Below are positions 17,158 through 26,390 of a DNA stretch of 64,000 nucleotides, piece by piece. This DNA is from Candidatus Cloacimonadota bacterium (GTDB lineage Bacteria > Cloacimonadota > Cloacimonadia > Cloacimonadales > GCA-2742885): the NCBI GenBank assembly GCA_002742885.1, contig PDOO01000034.1, positions 6,326 to 70,325 of the forward strand, given 5' to 3'. The translations under genes and the position numbers were made by a program. How positions within the stretch are numbered: the first letter of the stretch is position 1; every line of letters begins with the position of its first letter. The notes below the pieces were generated by a model. The model did no database searches. It was not told where the DNA came from and saw nothing but the letters and a program-made list of their open reading frames with translations.

Positions 17158-17667
17158 TTAAATTTCTCTCGCCGCTTTAATAAAATTTTCGTAAATTTCT
17201 TTCAGCTCATCTTCCTCAGCTCCTAATTTACGCATAATCCGGTAAATCGAAACTGCATCTTTTTGAGCTAAACAAAAAGAAGATTTAAGCAAAATCAATC
17301 TTCCTTCCGAATACCAAAACGGATAAAGTTTGCAATAGAAAGGGCGCGTTTCGGCTGACAATTGACACCCGGAATCAGTCAGAAAGACACATTGACCGTT
17401 TTTTATTTTCAAATGTATTCGTCTGCGATCGGGAAACATTTTTATCATATTTTTATCAGTTTTAAGCAAAGCTCGCAAAAAATCTTCGGAAACAATATTA
17501 TCATCCGTAAATTCGGCTTTATCCAAACCTGTTTCGGCTTTTATTCTTCTAACTTCATAAGGAGTCAACCCGAAAAGATAATCCGTAAATTCAGGTTTAA
17601 GCAGGCAACATCCATCACCGATTTTATGGCATTCTCCGCAAATATCGGGGTTTAATGTTTTTCCCAT
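17158..17667 (-). CDS. YkgJ-family (UPF0153) Cys-cluster protein
   Basis: 169 aa. CGECHKIGDGCC at the N-terminus, plus GCQL...FYCKLYP, typical of the putative Zn/Fe-chelating YkgJ family. Confidence 0.6.
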   Translation of the reverse strand: MGKTLNPDICGECHKIGDGCCLLKPEFTDYLFGLTPYEVRRIKAETGLDKAEFTDDNIVSEDFLRALLKTDKNMIKMFPDRRRIHLKIKNGQCVFLTDSGCQLSAETRPFYCKLYPFWYSEGRLILLKSSFCLAQKDAVSIYRIMRKLGAEEDELKEIYENFIKAAREI

Positions 17668-17691
17668 TCAGACACTCCGTTTTGTTGAGGT

Positions 17692-19695
17692 TCAGAAAAT
17701 ATTTTCTTCCCTGTTAACCTTATTAAAAATCCTGAGCAACAACCAAAATACGGGGATTGCTCCAAAGATAACAGACCACTTAAAAAAAACTTTATCCCAA
17801 ATAATCGTCAATTCCGGGATTTTCTCAAAACTTAAAGAAAGCAACACAGCTAAAGCGTTATTGGCGAAATGCGCCGTCATAGCCGGAAAAATGCTTTTGG
17901 TTTTCAAGGTAACGTATCCCATCCAAACACCTAATAAAGTTACGGGAATCATACGATAAATATCCAGATGCAAAATACCGAAAAGTAAAGCCGAGATTAC
18001 AATTGATCCCCAAAATCCTCGCTTTCGGAAAACATTCAGGAAATAACCCCTGAAAAGAAATTCTTCGCAAATTCCGGGTAAAACGGCAATCAAAAAAAGA
18101 GTTTCCCAAAGAGACATATTTTGCAAATTGAGAAGATTTTTAAACATTTCGGCATAACTTTCGGGAAAAGGGAAAAAGATATTCGTCAACTCCGAAATTC
18201 CCATAACGGCAAATGAAGCCGGAACAGAAATAAGCAAAACTAAAATAAAATTTACGGGTTTGGCTTTATTCATTCTGAAAGTTTTCGTATATTTTACTTT
18301 GGCAATCATGTGCAAAAGCAATACAGGCAAAACAACAATCAAAACCTGAGTTTTTATCAAACCTTTAGAAATATCATGAAGTTGCCATGCCGAAGCCAAA
18401 TAATACATACCGGACAAAATTATGACATACACTATCAATCCTATATGCTCGGAATAGATATTTTTATTGTTTTTACCTCTGATTTTCAGGGATTTTTCTT
18501 CCGCAGACCTGAATAAAACCTCTTCCGAATAAAAAAGTTTTACCGAAAAAGCTATTGCCAACGAAGCCAGAATCAAGGTAGAACCGATTGTTATCAAATA
18601 ATATAAGAGATTAAATTGTCCGGTAAGAATATCTTTAAAAAGCAATGAGATATTAACTATCGGAATCAAAGAAAGCCCGATATTTGTTTCAATCCCGGGC
18701 AAAGAGGAAATAAGAGACAGCATCATTGTTCCGATCAATAAAGGAGTAGCGTAAGTATTTGTCTCCTTCATGGTTCTGCTGTAAGCGGAAATAGAAATAA
18801 GCAAAGCAGAAATCAAACCGATAAGCGGAATCATTGCCAAAAAAATCAATCCGAAACTCCCGAAAGGTATGGCGGCTTGACTTGTATCCACTCCGCTTTG
18901 CCCGATTACCTGTTTAAAAGAGAAAAACATGCTGAAAAGATTAAGAATAACCGTAATCACAATAAAGGTTATGACCGTAAAGTACTTTCCGAAAATAATT
19001 TCCAGTCTGTCGGCAGCCGAGACCAAAAGAGTTTCCAAAGTTCCTCTTTCTTTCTCGCCGGCAATTAAATCGGAGGCGATAACCAAACCGCTGCTTACCG
19101 TCAGCATCAAAAGAAAATAAGGCAAAATTTTACCTATCGCAAAACCCAGCATTTTCTTGCTGTCCGCAATATTAACCCCGGAAACTTTTACCGTCTCCAA
19201 AATATCATCAGAAATTTGCAAATCGCCCAATCTTTTTCTTATAATATCCAATTTTATATCCGACAATTTGTACTTGATTTTATTGAATGCCATGCTTGCT
19301 TTATCGCTTGCCCCGTCATATTTTATTTTTATCTTAAAAACAGGATAACCGCTTGCCGAGACAGAATCTTCAACCAAAATTACAGCTTGCAAAACATCTT
19401 CTTTCAACAATTGCTCATAATTTTCGGTTTCTTGATAAATATCGAAATTATCTATTTCTTTCAATCCTCGACGAATAATATCCGCCGACTTATCGGAAGT
19501 TTTATCCGCAACGTAAATAATCGCCCCTTCTTTTTCTATCTTTATTTCCTGACGACTCATTATCGAACTGAAACCGATCATCAAAATAGGATAAAGAATT
19601 ATCGGCAACACAATAGACGTAATAATTGTCCTCGTATCGCGCATCATATCAAGCATTTCTTTTTTGTAAACAGTAAAAATTTTGTTAAGCTTCAT
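17692..19695 (-). CDS. ABC-2 (NatB-like) permease fused to a C-terminal CPBP (CAAX/Abi) intramembrane protease domain
   Basis: 667 aa. The N-terminal ~400 aa have an ABC-2 topology with a large extracytoplasmic loop after TM1. The C-terminal part carries the CPBP motifs EEFLFRG, FGILH and HFANN. Confidence 0.7.
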   Translation of the reverse strand: MKLNKIFTVYKKEMLDMMRDTRTIITSIVLPIILYPILMIGFSSIMSRQEIKIEKEGAIIYVADKTSDKSADIIRRGLKEIDNFDIYQETENYEQLLKEDVLQAVILVEDSVSASGYPVFKIKIKYDGASDKASMAFNKIKYKLSDIKLDIIRKRLGDLQISDDILETVKVSGVNIADSKKMLGFAIGKILPYFLLMLTVSSGLVIASDLIAGEKERGTLETLLVSAADRLEIIFGKYFTVITFIVITVILNLFSMFFSFKQVIGQSGVDTSQAAIPFGSFGLIFLAMIPLIGLISALLISISAYSRTMKETNTYATPLLIGTMMLSLISSLPGIETNIGLSLIPIVNISLLFKDILTGQFNLLYYLITIGSTLILASLAIAFSVKLFYSEEVLFRSAEEKSLKIRGKNNKNIYSEHIGLIVYVIILSGMYYLASAWQLHDISKGLIKTQVLIVVLPVLLLHMIAKVKYTKTFRMNKAKPVNFILVLLISVPASFAVMGISELTNIFFPFPESYAEMFKNLLNLQNMSLWETLFLIAVLPGICEEFLFRGYFLNVFRKRGFWGSIVISALLFGILHLDIYRMIPVTLLGVWMGYVTLKTKSIFPAMTAHFANNALAVLLSLSFEKIPELTIIWDKVFFKWSVIFGAIPVFWLLLRIFNKVNREENIF

Positions 19696-20446
19696 CTTCT
19701 TCTCCCGATTCTTTCATTTGATTGACAAAAAAGATAAAAATATCATCCAAATCGCGCGATCCCGTTGTTTCCCGAAGCTCGGGCAAAGAACCTTCGGCAA
19801 TTTTTTTGCCTTTATGGATCATAATAATCCTGTCCGCAATACGTTCGGCTTCACGCATTATGTGAGTGGAGAACAATACGGTTTTTCCGTCTTCTTTACA
19901 CTTATTTATAAAAGAAACAATGTTGCGCGCCGTCAGAATATCCAGACCGGAAGTCGGTTCGTCGAAAATCATAACGGGAGGATCATGAATAATGGATCTT
20001 GCTATCGATACTTTTTGTTTCATGCCGGTAGAAAGGAAATCCATTTTTTTATCCAAAAAATCATTCATATCCAAAAAATCGGACAAAGATTTAATTCGTT
20101 CGACAATTAAATCATCTTCCGTGTCATAAAGTTTACCGAAATAAGTAATAATTTCCCGTGCGGTAAGGCGAGCGTAAAGTCCCGTATCGCCCGATAAAAA
20201 TCCGAGTTTTCCTCTGGCATTCCCCGATGATTTTATAATGTCGCAACCGTTGATTAAGGCAGTTCCGGAAGTCGGTTTCAAAACGGTGGAAAGCATCCGC
20301 ATGGTTGTCGTTTTACCGGCTCCGTTTACTCCCAATAAGGTTACGATCTCCCCCGGATGAACCGTAAACGACAAATTATCGACGGCATGAAATTCTTCGC
20401 CGTTCTTATTGCGGAAGGTTTTGGATAAATCCTTTAATTCTATCAT
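19685..20446 (-). CDS. ABC transporter ATP-binding protein (NatA-like)
   Basis: GVNGAGKTTTMRML (Walker A), LSTGMKQKVSIA (signature), MIFDEPTSGLD (Walker B). 11-nt overlap with the permease gene. Confidence 0.9.
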   Translation of the reverse strand: MIELKDLSKTFRNKNGEEFHAVDNLSFTVHPGEIVTLLGVNGAGKTTTMRMLSTVLKPTSGTALINGCDIIKSSGNARGKLGFLSGDTGLYARLTAREIITYFGKLYDTEDDLIVERIKSLSDFLDMNDFLDKKMDFLSTGMKQKVSIARSIIHDPPVMIFDEPTSGLDILTARNIVSFINKCKEDGKTVLFSTHIMREAERIADRIIMIHKGKKIAEGSLPELRETTGSRDLDDIFIFFVNQMKESGEEDEA

Positions 20447-20508
20447 CTGCTCTCCTTTTTTATTGCTGAATACTTTTACTTAATAAAAAAAATATACCGT
20501 GAATCAAG

Positions 20509-21180
20509 TTAAATAATTCCCTTATCGGCAAAACTGCAATAAGAATTATCGCCGATAATAAGGTGGTCAAGAGTTCTTACATCAATTAAATTCAACGCTT
20601 TCTTTATTTTATTCGTTACAATAATATCCTGATTTGAAGGATTGATATTGCCGGACGGATGATTATGAACCAAAATAACGGCAACAGCTTTCAACAGAAG
20701 AGCCTTTTCGACTATTTCACGGACGTAAACATGAGCTTCGTTCAAGGTGCCTTTAAACATCGTTTTTTCGTAAATTACAATATTTTGAGAGTTCAGATAA
20801 ATAACTTTAAATTCCTCATGCTTCATGCACTTGTAATAATTATACAGAAATTTGAATACCGCTTCCGAAGAAGATAAATTTACGCTTCCGATAAGCTCTT
20901 CTCTCATAAAATAAGTGTTTGCGTCTTTCAACAATTTCAGATAAACGGCTGTCCGAATTCCCACGCCTTCCGTTTGCGTAATCATCTCCAAAGGAGCCGC
21001 AACTATTTCGGAAAAACTGCCGAACTTCTTTAGAAGAGCTTTGGCAATCTTCTTTGTGTCTTTTCTGATAATGCAATAAGAAAGAACCAACTCCAAAACT
21101 TCGTAATCATGAAAACCTTCCAGCCCCGACATCTCGTAAGCTTTTCTCAATCGTTCTTTGTGATTAATTTTATCCGTCAT
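20509..21180 (-). CDS. radC: RadC-family JAB/MPN domain protein
   Basis: 223 aa. HhH-like N-terminus and the JAMM motif ILVHNHPSGNINPSNQD. Confidence 0.85.
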   Translation of the reverse strand: MTDKINHKERLRKAYEMSGLEGFHDYEVLELVLSYCIIRKDTKKIAKALLKKFGSFSEIVAAPLEMITQTEGVGIRTAVYLKLLKDANTYFMREELIGSVNLSSSEAVFKFLYNYYKCMKHEEFKVIYLNSQNIVIYEKTMFKGTLNEAHVYVREIVEKALLLKAVAVILVHNHPSGNINPSNQDIIVTNKIKKALNLIDVRTLDHLIIGDNSYCSFADKGII

Positions 21181-21210
21181 TATATGTCTCGTCCGCCTAT
21201 AAAAAATCCG

Positions 21211-22851
21211 TTATTTTTCGGTTCCGATTAAAACACCTGACACATTCCAGAAACTGAATCCGGACTCCGTATCTTCTCCCTGATCAATATCGACTTCAAG
21301 AGTATGTTTCCCAGGCGTTAAACCTTCCAAGGGAATGTAATAAGGAGAAGTAATCGTTCCCGGACACCAATTGGAACGACTTAAATCGCTGGAAGAAAGT
21401 CCGCTTGGGAAATTGCCGGAAGCGGGATTGTTTAATCGGTAAGTTCCGCAATCTTCGCGCCACGGAATTATTTTGAAAATTTCTTTCCCGTCAATTATGA
21501 TGCGATTTATTCTTTTGACAAACTCGTCGCCGGTTCCCCATCCTCCGTGTCCGGTGGAAATAAATCTCAATTGTGTATTTTCGATATTTTCCGGTAATTC
21601 AAAATCAACTGTCAATTTATCTTTTTTAAAAAGTCGTCCGTAATTCTGACCCGACATTTCCAAAACATTTACCGTATTGAACAGCGGAAAGACAAAATTC
21701 TTTGCTGCTTCACTTCCGGGATAAGGCGGATAAAAATCCATTTCCAGACTGATTTTATGACCGCCTTTATCGTAATTGCCGATAAAAACTCCGATCTGCA
21801 TATCTTTTTCCCAATCGATCAAATCGGTTATTTCCTGTTTAAAAATTACGGAATCGCTCCAGGCGTAACCGGCAATATTTACTTTATCGTTGAAATGTCC
21901 GACTCCGAAAGTCGTGAAAAATCTCATCAATTCAATCGGCGGCAAATAATCTCCCGTAAATGAGATTCCCTGATATTCTTTATCGTCAACATCTCGGTAA
22001 ACGGGCAACTCTTCCGTTCCTCTGCGGAAAGCATCCAAAATATTTTTCCCGTTTCTTCCCGATACGGTAAATACCGATCCCGTTCTGTCGTAAGCATCTC
22101 CGTTTGACCAAGTCGTAAGTTTGATAAAAACGTTGCCGCCTTTATATTTTTCGGGAAGATTTATCTTTTTCATCACAACCGTTCCTTTGGAAAAACGATA
22201 GGTCAGATCGGTTATCTCATCATTGCGAACTTCAATTTCATCTCCGAAATTAATCTGTTCTTTATCAAAAATATTAAGTCGCAGAAAACGAGAATCAATA
22301 AGTTTTTTCTCGTATTCGGCATCAGCGAGTTCTTTTGCTTTTCCCCCGGTAAAATTCAATTCCGGACTTTCGTATTCTTTTATTTCAACGGCTTGAAGAG
22401 TGAAACCGCCGTTGTAAATCAGTTTTAAAACAAGACTGTTAGGGGGAAATCCGGTAAATATCGGCGATCCTTTCGCTTCCGTTTCGGTTGTGTACCAAAC
22501 TTCCAGCTTATTGGAAAATAAATTATAGACGGCTTTCCGGCATTCAAAGCCCAAAATCGTTTCCTTTTCGTCAGATAATTCGGGTTCCCCGAAACTCGAG
22601 AACTCGGAAGATTTTTTATAAAATTTACCGTCTGATTCCAATATTTTGATAATTTTATTCTCGTTATAATCTATAAAAACAGCTTCCGAACCCTCTGACT
22701 TAATGCCTCCGATCTTGTTTTCAAAAAGATAACTTCTTTGTTCTTCTTTTTTATCATTTCCGTATTGTTCGTATATAACTTCATAATTAACGGCAAAAGA
22801 AAAAACAACAAACATCGCGCAGATAACGGTAAAAATATTTCTTTTATTCAA
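21211..22851 (-). CDS. Secreted peptide-N-glycosidase F-related protein (N-terminal GLPGLI-like domain)
   Basis: 546 aa with a signal peptide. STGHGGWGTGDEF and RSNWCPG resemble PNGase F C-terminal domain motifs, recalled from memory. It has no KMILLK-type tail. Confidence 0.45.
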   Translation of the reverse strand: MNKRNIFTVICAMFVVFSFAVNYEVIYEQYGNDKKEEQRSYLFENKIGGIKSEGSEAVFIDYNENKIIKILESDGKFYKKSSEFSSFGEPELSDEKETILGFECRKAVYNLFSNKLEVWYTTETEAKGSPIFTGFPPNSLVLKLIYNGGFTLQAVEIKEYESPELNFTGGKAKELADAEYEKKLIDSRFLRLNIFDKEQINFGDEIEVRNDEITDLTYRFSKGTVVMKKINLPEKYKGGNVFIKLTTWSNGDAYDRTGSVFTVSGRNGKNILDAFRRGTEELPVYRDVDDKEYQGISFTGDYLPPIELMRFFTTFGVGHFNDKVNIAGYAWSDSVIFKQEITDLIDWEKDMQIGVFIGNYDKGGHKISLEMDFYPPYPGSEAAKNFVFPLFNTVNVLEMSGQNYGRLFKKDKLTVDFELPENIENTQLRFISTGHGGWGTGDEFVKRINRIIIDGKEIFKIIPWREDCGTYRLNNPASGNFPSGLSSSDLSRSNWCPGTITSPYYIPLEGLTPGKHTLEVDIDQGEDTESGFSFWNVSGVLIGTEK

Positions 22852-22901
22852 TTCGGAACTCCTTTTTATAATACTGTAAATTTATTCGTTAAGATTAAAA
22901 G

Positions 22902-22936
22902 CAAAAAAGGCAGTCAACCGTAAATTAACTGCCTTT
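22902..22936 (-). terminator. Rho-independent terminator after the C25 gene
   Basis: Minus strand: GGCAGT, 13-nt loop, ACTGCC, followed by TTTTTTGC. Confidence 0.55.
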
Positions 22937-22951
22937 CTTTCAATAAATTGA

Positions 22952-25900
22952 TTATTTAAGAAGAATCATTTTTTTAGATCGGACAAGTTTTCCGGAAGTA
23001 AGCCGATAGAAATAAATTCCCGAACTCACGTCTGTTCCGTTATCGTCTTTACCCGACCAAACAATATCATGGTTGCCTTTAGTTAATTTCCCGGAAACCA
23101 AAGTTTTAACCTTTTGCCCTTTCACGTTGTAAATATCCAAAGAAACATTTGAATCTTCATTTAAAACAAAATTAATTTCAGTTTCAGGATTAAACGGATT
23201 GGGAATATTTTGATTTAAAACAAATTTTTCGTAACCGGGATTGTTTTCATCGATTCCGGTATAATTATCCGGAGCATCCATGGTAAATTTGATTGCCAAT
23301 TCGTTTTGCAAAGGAGTTGCTCCCGGAGCGTAGTGATTAGCGTAAACATAACATATTCCGTCTGTCTGAGCATAATTTTCAATACCTACGGTACAATAGT
23401 TGCCGTTATCGTCCGGATCGTCAACTTCCGCAAAATTAATCGTGATGTCGCCGTTCATATCGGTTTTGGGAGATAACACAACCTGGAATCTTTCAACCGA
23501 AGTATTGTTGTGCTGATTATAAGTATCTCTCCACTGAACGACAAAGCGATTATTGGCGGAATCAAACCAATAGCTGATTCTCATTTGAGTCAAATTGTCG
23601 CCTTGCACCAATCCTTTCAAGTCATCCCAATAAGCGGCAATTTGAGCTTTAGGTCCCAAAGCTGCCGGAATATTCCAATTACGGAAGTTTGTCATCCAGG
23701 TCTCGCCCATGGAAATCCAGCCGTTGGTACAAATTGTTATTTGATTATAATCTATACCGTAATATTTAAATTCAAACGGCAAATCGATTGTCCAGCTTTC
23801 GTCATCTTCACCTATAAGAACTGTACCGCTTCCTCCGTATTCCGGATCGCATTCTATCCATTCGTAAACCGGAGAAGCCGGGTAATCCGTGTCAAAATTA
23901 TCGTAAGCATAATAACCTTGTTTGTCTTTTCCGGTAGGATCGGTTGTCTCAACATTACCGATAACGGTTGTGTAATAAGTTCGAGAATTGCGCCCGTCGG
24001 CATGAACAAGATCAAATTGGAAGGCAGCCTGTCTGCCGTTGAAAACATCTTGTTCAACGCTTACTTCAAAACTTCCCGAAGCGGTTTGACCTTGCGTCAT
24101 TGCCGGCAAATCAAAGTTTGCCTGCGTAACCGTTACGGCATCGCATAAAGGAGTAACCGTTACGGTTGCCGATGCCAAATTTTGTCCGCCATTAACGAAA
24201 TCAACGCTTACCGAACCGTTGAAACCCGGAGCAATATCACCCATATCAGTTACGTTTAAATCAGCGTGTTCTAGGGTTGAATAAAGTTTTGCGGTTTCCC
24301 CCGTGGAAAATTCCAAAACAAATTCAACTGCGTCATAGTTGTCAAAATCGGGAGAAATAACTGCCTGAATGCCGACATTTGAAGTATATCCAGAGGCGAT
24401 GTCTCCGAAAACAATCTGTTCGTCGAGAATGCTTACGGCAGGGTTGTCGCAGGAAAGTATTGCCGTAACGCCGGTTTGCGCAGATGATCCGTAATTTTTA
24501 ACGGTTACGTCAATCGTTGCCGTCGAAGCGGCATATAAATTGTTAAAGTAATAATCCGTAACGCCGATTGCTTCAGCTGCGGTTACGGTAATTTTTTTCT
24601 CGATCGGAACCGTATTTTTCTTAGATAAAGTAATGACTAATTCACCCGGCTCGGATGTATCTGTATCAATGAAAGCAATTCCGTCTCTGACAATATTTCT
24701 TTCAAAACTGATGTTATTCAGAGAAGAAGTAATAGTTGCTCCCTCCAAAGAAGCCGGAACGTTAAACTGCAAATAATTGGTTCCCTGAGATATTGTGTTC
24801 GGAAGATTTACGTCCGCAGTATTCGGAATTTTAACCCACATATTCAAAGTAGGATCGCAAAGGATGTTGTAAACTCTGTAATAAAACTCAACCTGACCGT
24901 TTGTCTCCCGGTCATTGGGGTAATTATTGTAAAGTTCGGTTTTTCCTCTCAAAACAGCAGATCCGAAAGATCGGTTTCCTTCATGTAAAATACTCCAATA
25001 AATTCCGGATGAGATTGCATTGTTTTTTTCCGTACTGGTATGCAAATCTGACGGTCCGACAAAAGCAACGCAACCGGCGGGAGAAGAAGGAGAACCTTTT
25101 GACATCCAAGCTTCGCCGAAACATGGATCATGGTAGGGATTGGCAAAATCTCCCGTATTGCAAACAATAGAAGTTACGACGGGCATTTTTGCGCCGGTAT
25201 TGGTATAATCAATGTCTTCCTTGTGAAATTCCGGGAAATGCCATCCGTCAGCTGCTCCCCAACCTCTGTAACTGATAAATTGACGACCTTCATTCATATA
25301 ACCGACAATTTCGTTAGTTCCGGGATAAGTTCCGGGATAAAAAACAGTATCTACATCGGTATAACCGGCATCAATCAATTCATGATAAATCCAACGAGAC
25401 ATCAATACAGGCGTAACGGGAATAGGCGGTTCGTCGGCATGATTTCCGGCAATAACCAATGCTTTGGTCATCCAATCCGTATCCGACATTTCCGGATATT
25501 TTTCAAAAAATAAGGTTTTGGCAATAACCGTCATCAACTCAGAGGAAGAGTCAATCGAAAAACGTCCGATAATCGATTCCGGCAAATAGTCGTCTCCCGC
25601 CAATAAAGTGTAACCCAAATCGGAAACATCGTTTTCGGCGGAATGATAAAATGACGGAAATTCGTAAGCATCGTTTACATCCCCGATAATCAGCATATAT
25701 TCGGGAAAGCCGTTGGCATTGCAATAACCTTCAAGAGATTCTTTAATTTCCTCGGCGCTTGACCCGAGCTGTTCTTTCGGTAAAGTAACCACATCAAATC
25801 CGAGTTGTCTTTTCCATTTAACAAATTCAGGAAAATAAGCATTTGAGAATGCCAAATTATTTCCCATGATCAATAAGGACGGTTGAGCATAAGGCAAATT

Positions 25901-26377
25901 TCTCAAATAACAGGAATCCCAATTATCAACCATCGAGGCATAAGCAGGAACAAAAGATTCGGCAATTTCGGTCGGATATTCAAATGTTCCGACGGGATTT
26001 ACCGAAAAATCAAGTGAAGTAATTACGGAATTAAGATCATCTTCTCGGACGATATTATCTATTTTTACCGAAAATCCTCTCATCTCTCTGAAAGTAAATT
26101 TATCAGAAACCGTAACTCTGGAATTGTCTCTTTCATCAATTGTTTTTACGACTTTTCCCATATCATCGTAATAAGAAACGGTCATTTTATTTATTTCAAT
26201 TTCAATATCTTCCGCCGGAATTGCCAAAACTTTATACTCGGCAATATCCGAATTTTCGGAGTAAGTTCTTTCCATAGAAATATTTGTTTTATCTCCGAAA
26301 GTTTCAATAAAGTCGGAATTGTTTGCGCCGAGCATAACGGCAAACAAAACAACGGTTAAGGTAAGCAATTTTTTCAT
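22952..26377 (-). CDS. Peptidase C25 (gingipain-like) multidomain protein with FlgD/T9SS-type C-terminal sorting domain
   Basis: 1141 aa with a signal peptide. YRGWGAADGW...VVTSIVCNTGDF...PCFGEAWM aligns to the gingipain catalytic region as I recall it. Ig-like repeats are present. The C-terminus reads NIPNPFNPETEINF...GIYFYRLTSG...KKMILLK. Confidence 0.8.
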   Translation of the reverse strand: MKKLLTLTVVLFAVMLGANNSDFIETFGDKTNISMERTYSENSDIAEYKVLAIPAEDIEIEINKMTVSYYDDMGKVVKTIDERDNSRVTVSDKFTFREMRGFSVKIDNIVREDDLNSVITSLDFSVNPVGTFEYPTEIAESFVPAYASMVDNWDSCYLRNLPYAQPSLLIMGNNLAFSNAYFPEFVKWKRQLGFDVVTLPKEQLGSSAEEIKESLEGYCNANGFPEYMLIIGDVNDAYEFPSFYHSAENDVSDLGYTLLAGDDYLPESIIGRFSIDSSSELMTVIAKTLFFEKYPEMSDTDWMTKALVIAGNHADEPPIPVTPVLMSRWIYHELIDAGYTDVDTVFYPGTYPGTNEIVGYMNEGRQFISYRGWGAADGWHFPEFHKEDIDYTNTGAKMPVVTSIVCNTGDFANPYHDPCFGEAWMSKGSPSSPAGCVAFVGPSDLHTSTEKNNAISSGIYWSILHEGNRSFGSAVLRGKTELYNNYPNDRETNGQVEFYYRVYNILCDPTLNMWVKIPNTADVNLPNTISQGTNYLQFNVPASLEGATITSSLNNISFERNIVRDGIAFIDTDTSEPGELVITLSKKNTVPIEKKITVTAAEAIGVTDYYFNNLYAASTATIDVTVKNYGSSAQTGVTAILSCDNPAVSILDEQIVFGDIASGYTSNVGIQAVISPDFDNYDAVEFVLEFSTGETAKLYSTLEHADLNVTDMGDIAPGFNGSVSVDFVNGGQNLASATVTVTPLCDAVTVTQANFDLPAMTQGQTASGSFEVSVEQDVFNGRQAAFQFDLVHADGRNSRTYYTTVIGNVETTDPTGKDKQGYYAYDNFDTDYPASPVYEWIECDPEYGGSGTVLIGEDDESWTIDLPFEFKYYGIDYNQITICTNGWISMGETWMTNFRNWNIPAALGPKAQIAAYWDDLKGLVQGDNLTQMRISYWFDSANNRFVVQWRDTYNQHNNTSVERFQVVLSPKTDMNGDITINFAEVDDPDDNGNYCTVGIENYAQTDGICYVYANHYAPGATPLQNELAIKFTMDAPDNYTGIDENNPGYEKFVLNQNIPNPFNPETEINFVLNEDSNVSLDIYNVKGQKVKTLVSGKLTKGNHDIVWSGKDDNGTDVSSGIYFYRLTSGKLVRSKKMILLK

Positions 26378-26390
26378 TTATCCTCCATAA

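Noticed and set aside
23510-24148. 212-aa plus-strand ORF, along with other long plus-strand ORFs at 24901-25513, 27324-27740 and 28032-28535
   Set aside because: They lie entirely antisense to the well-supported C25 and M14 genes. Their translations are low-complexity with no motifs, so they are typical shadow ORFs.
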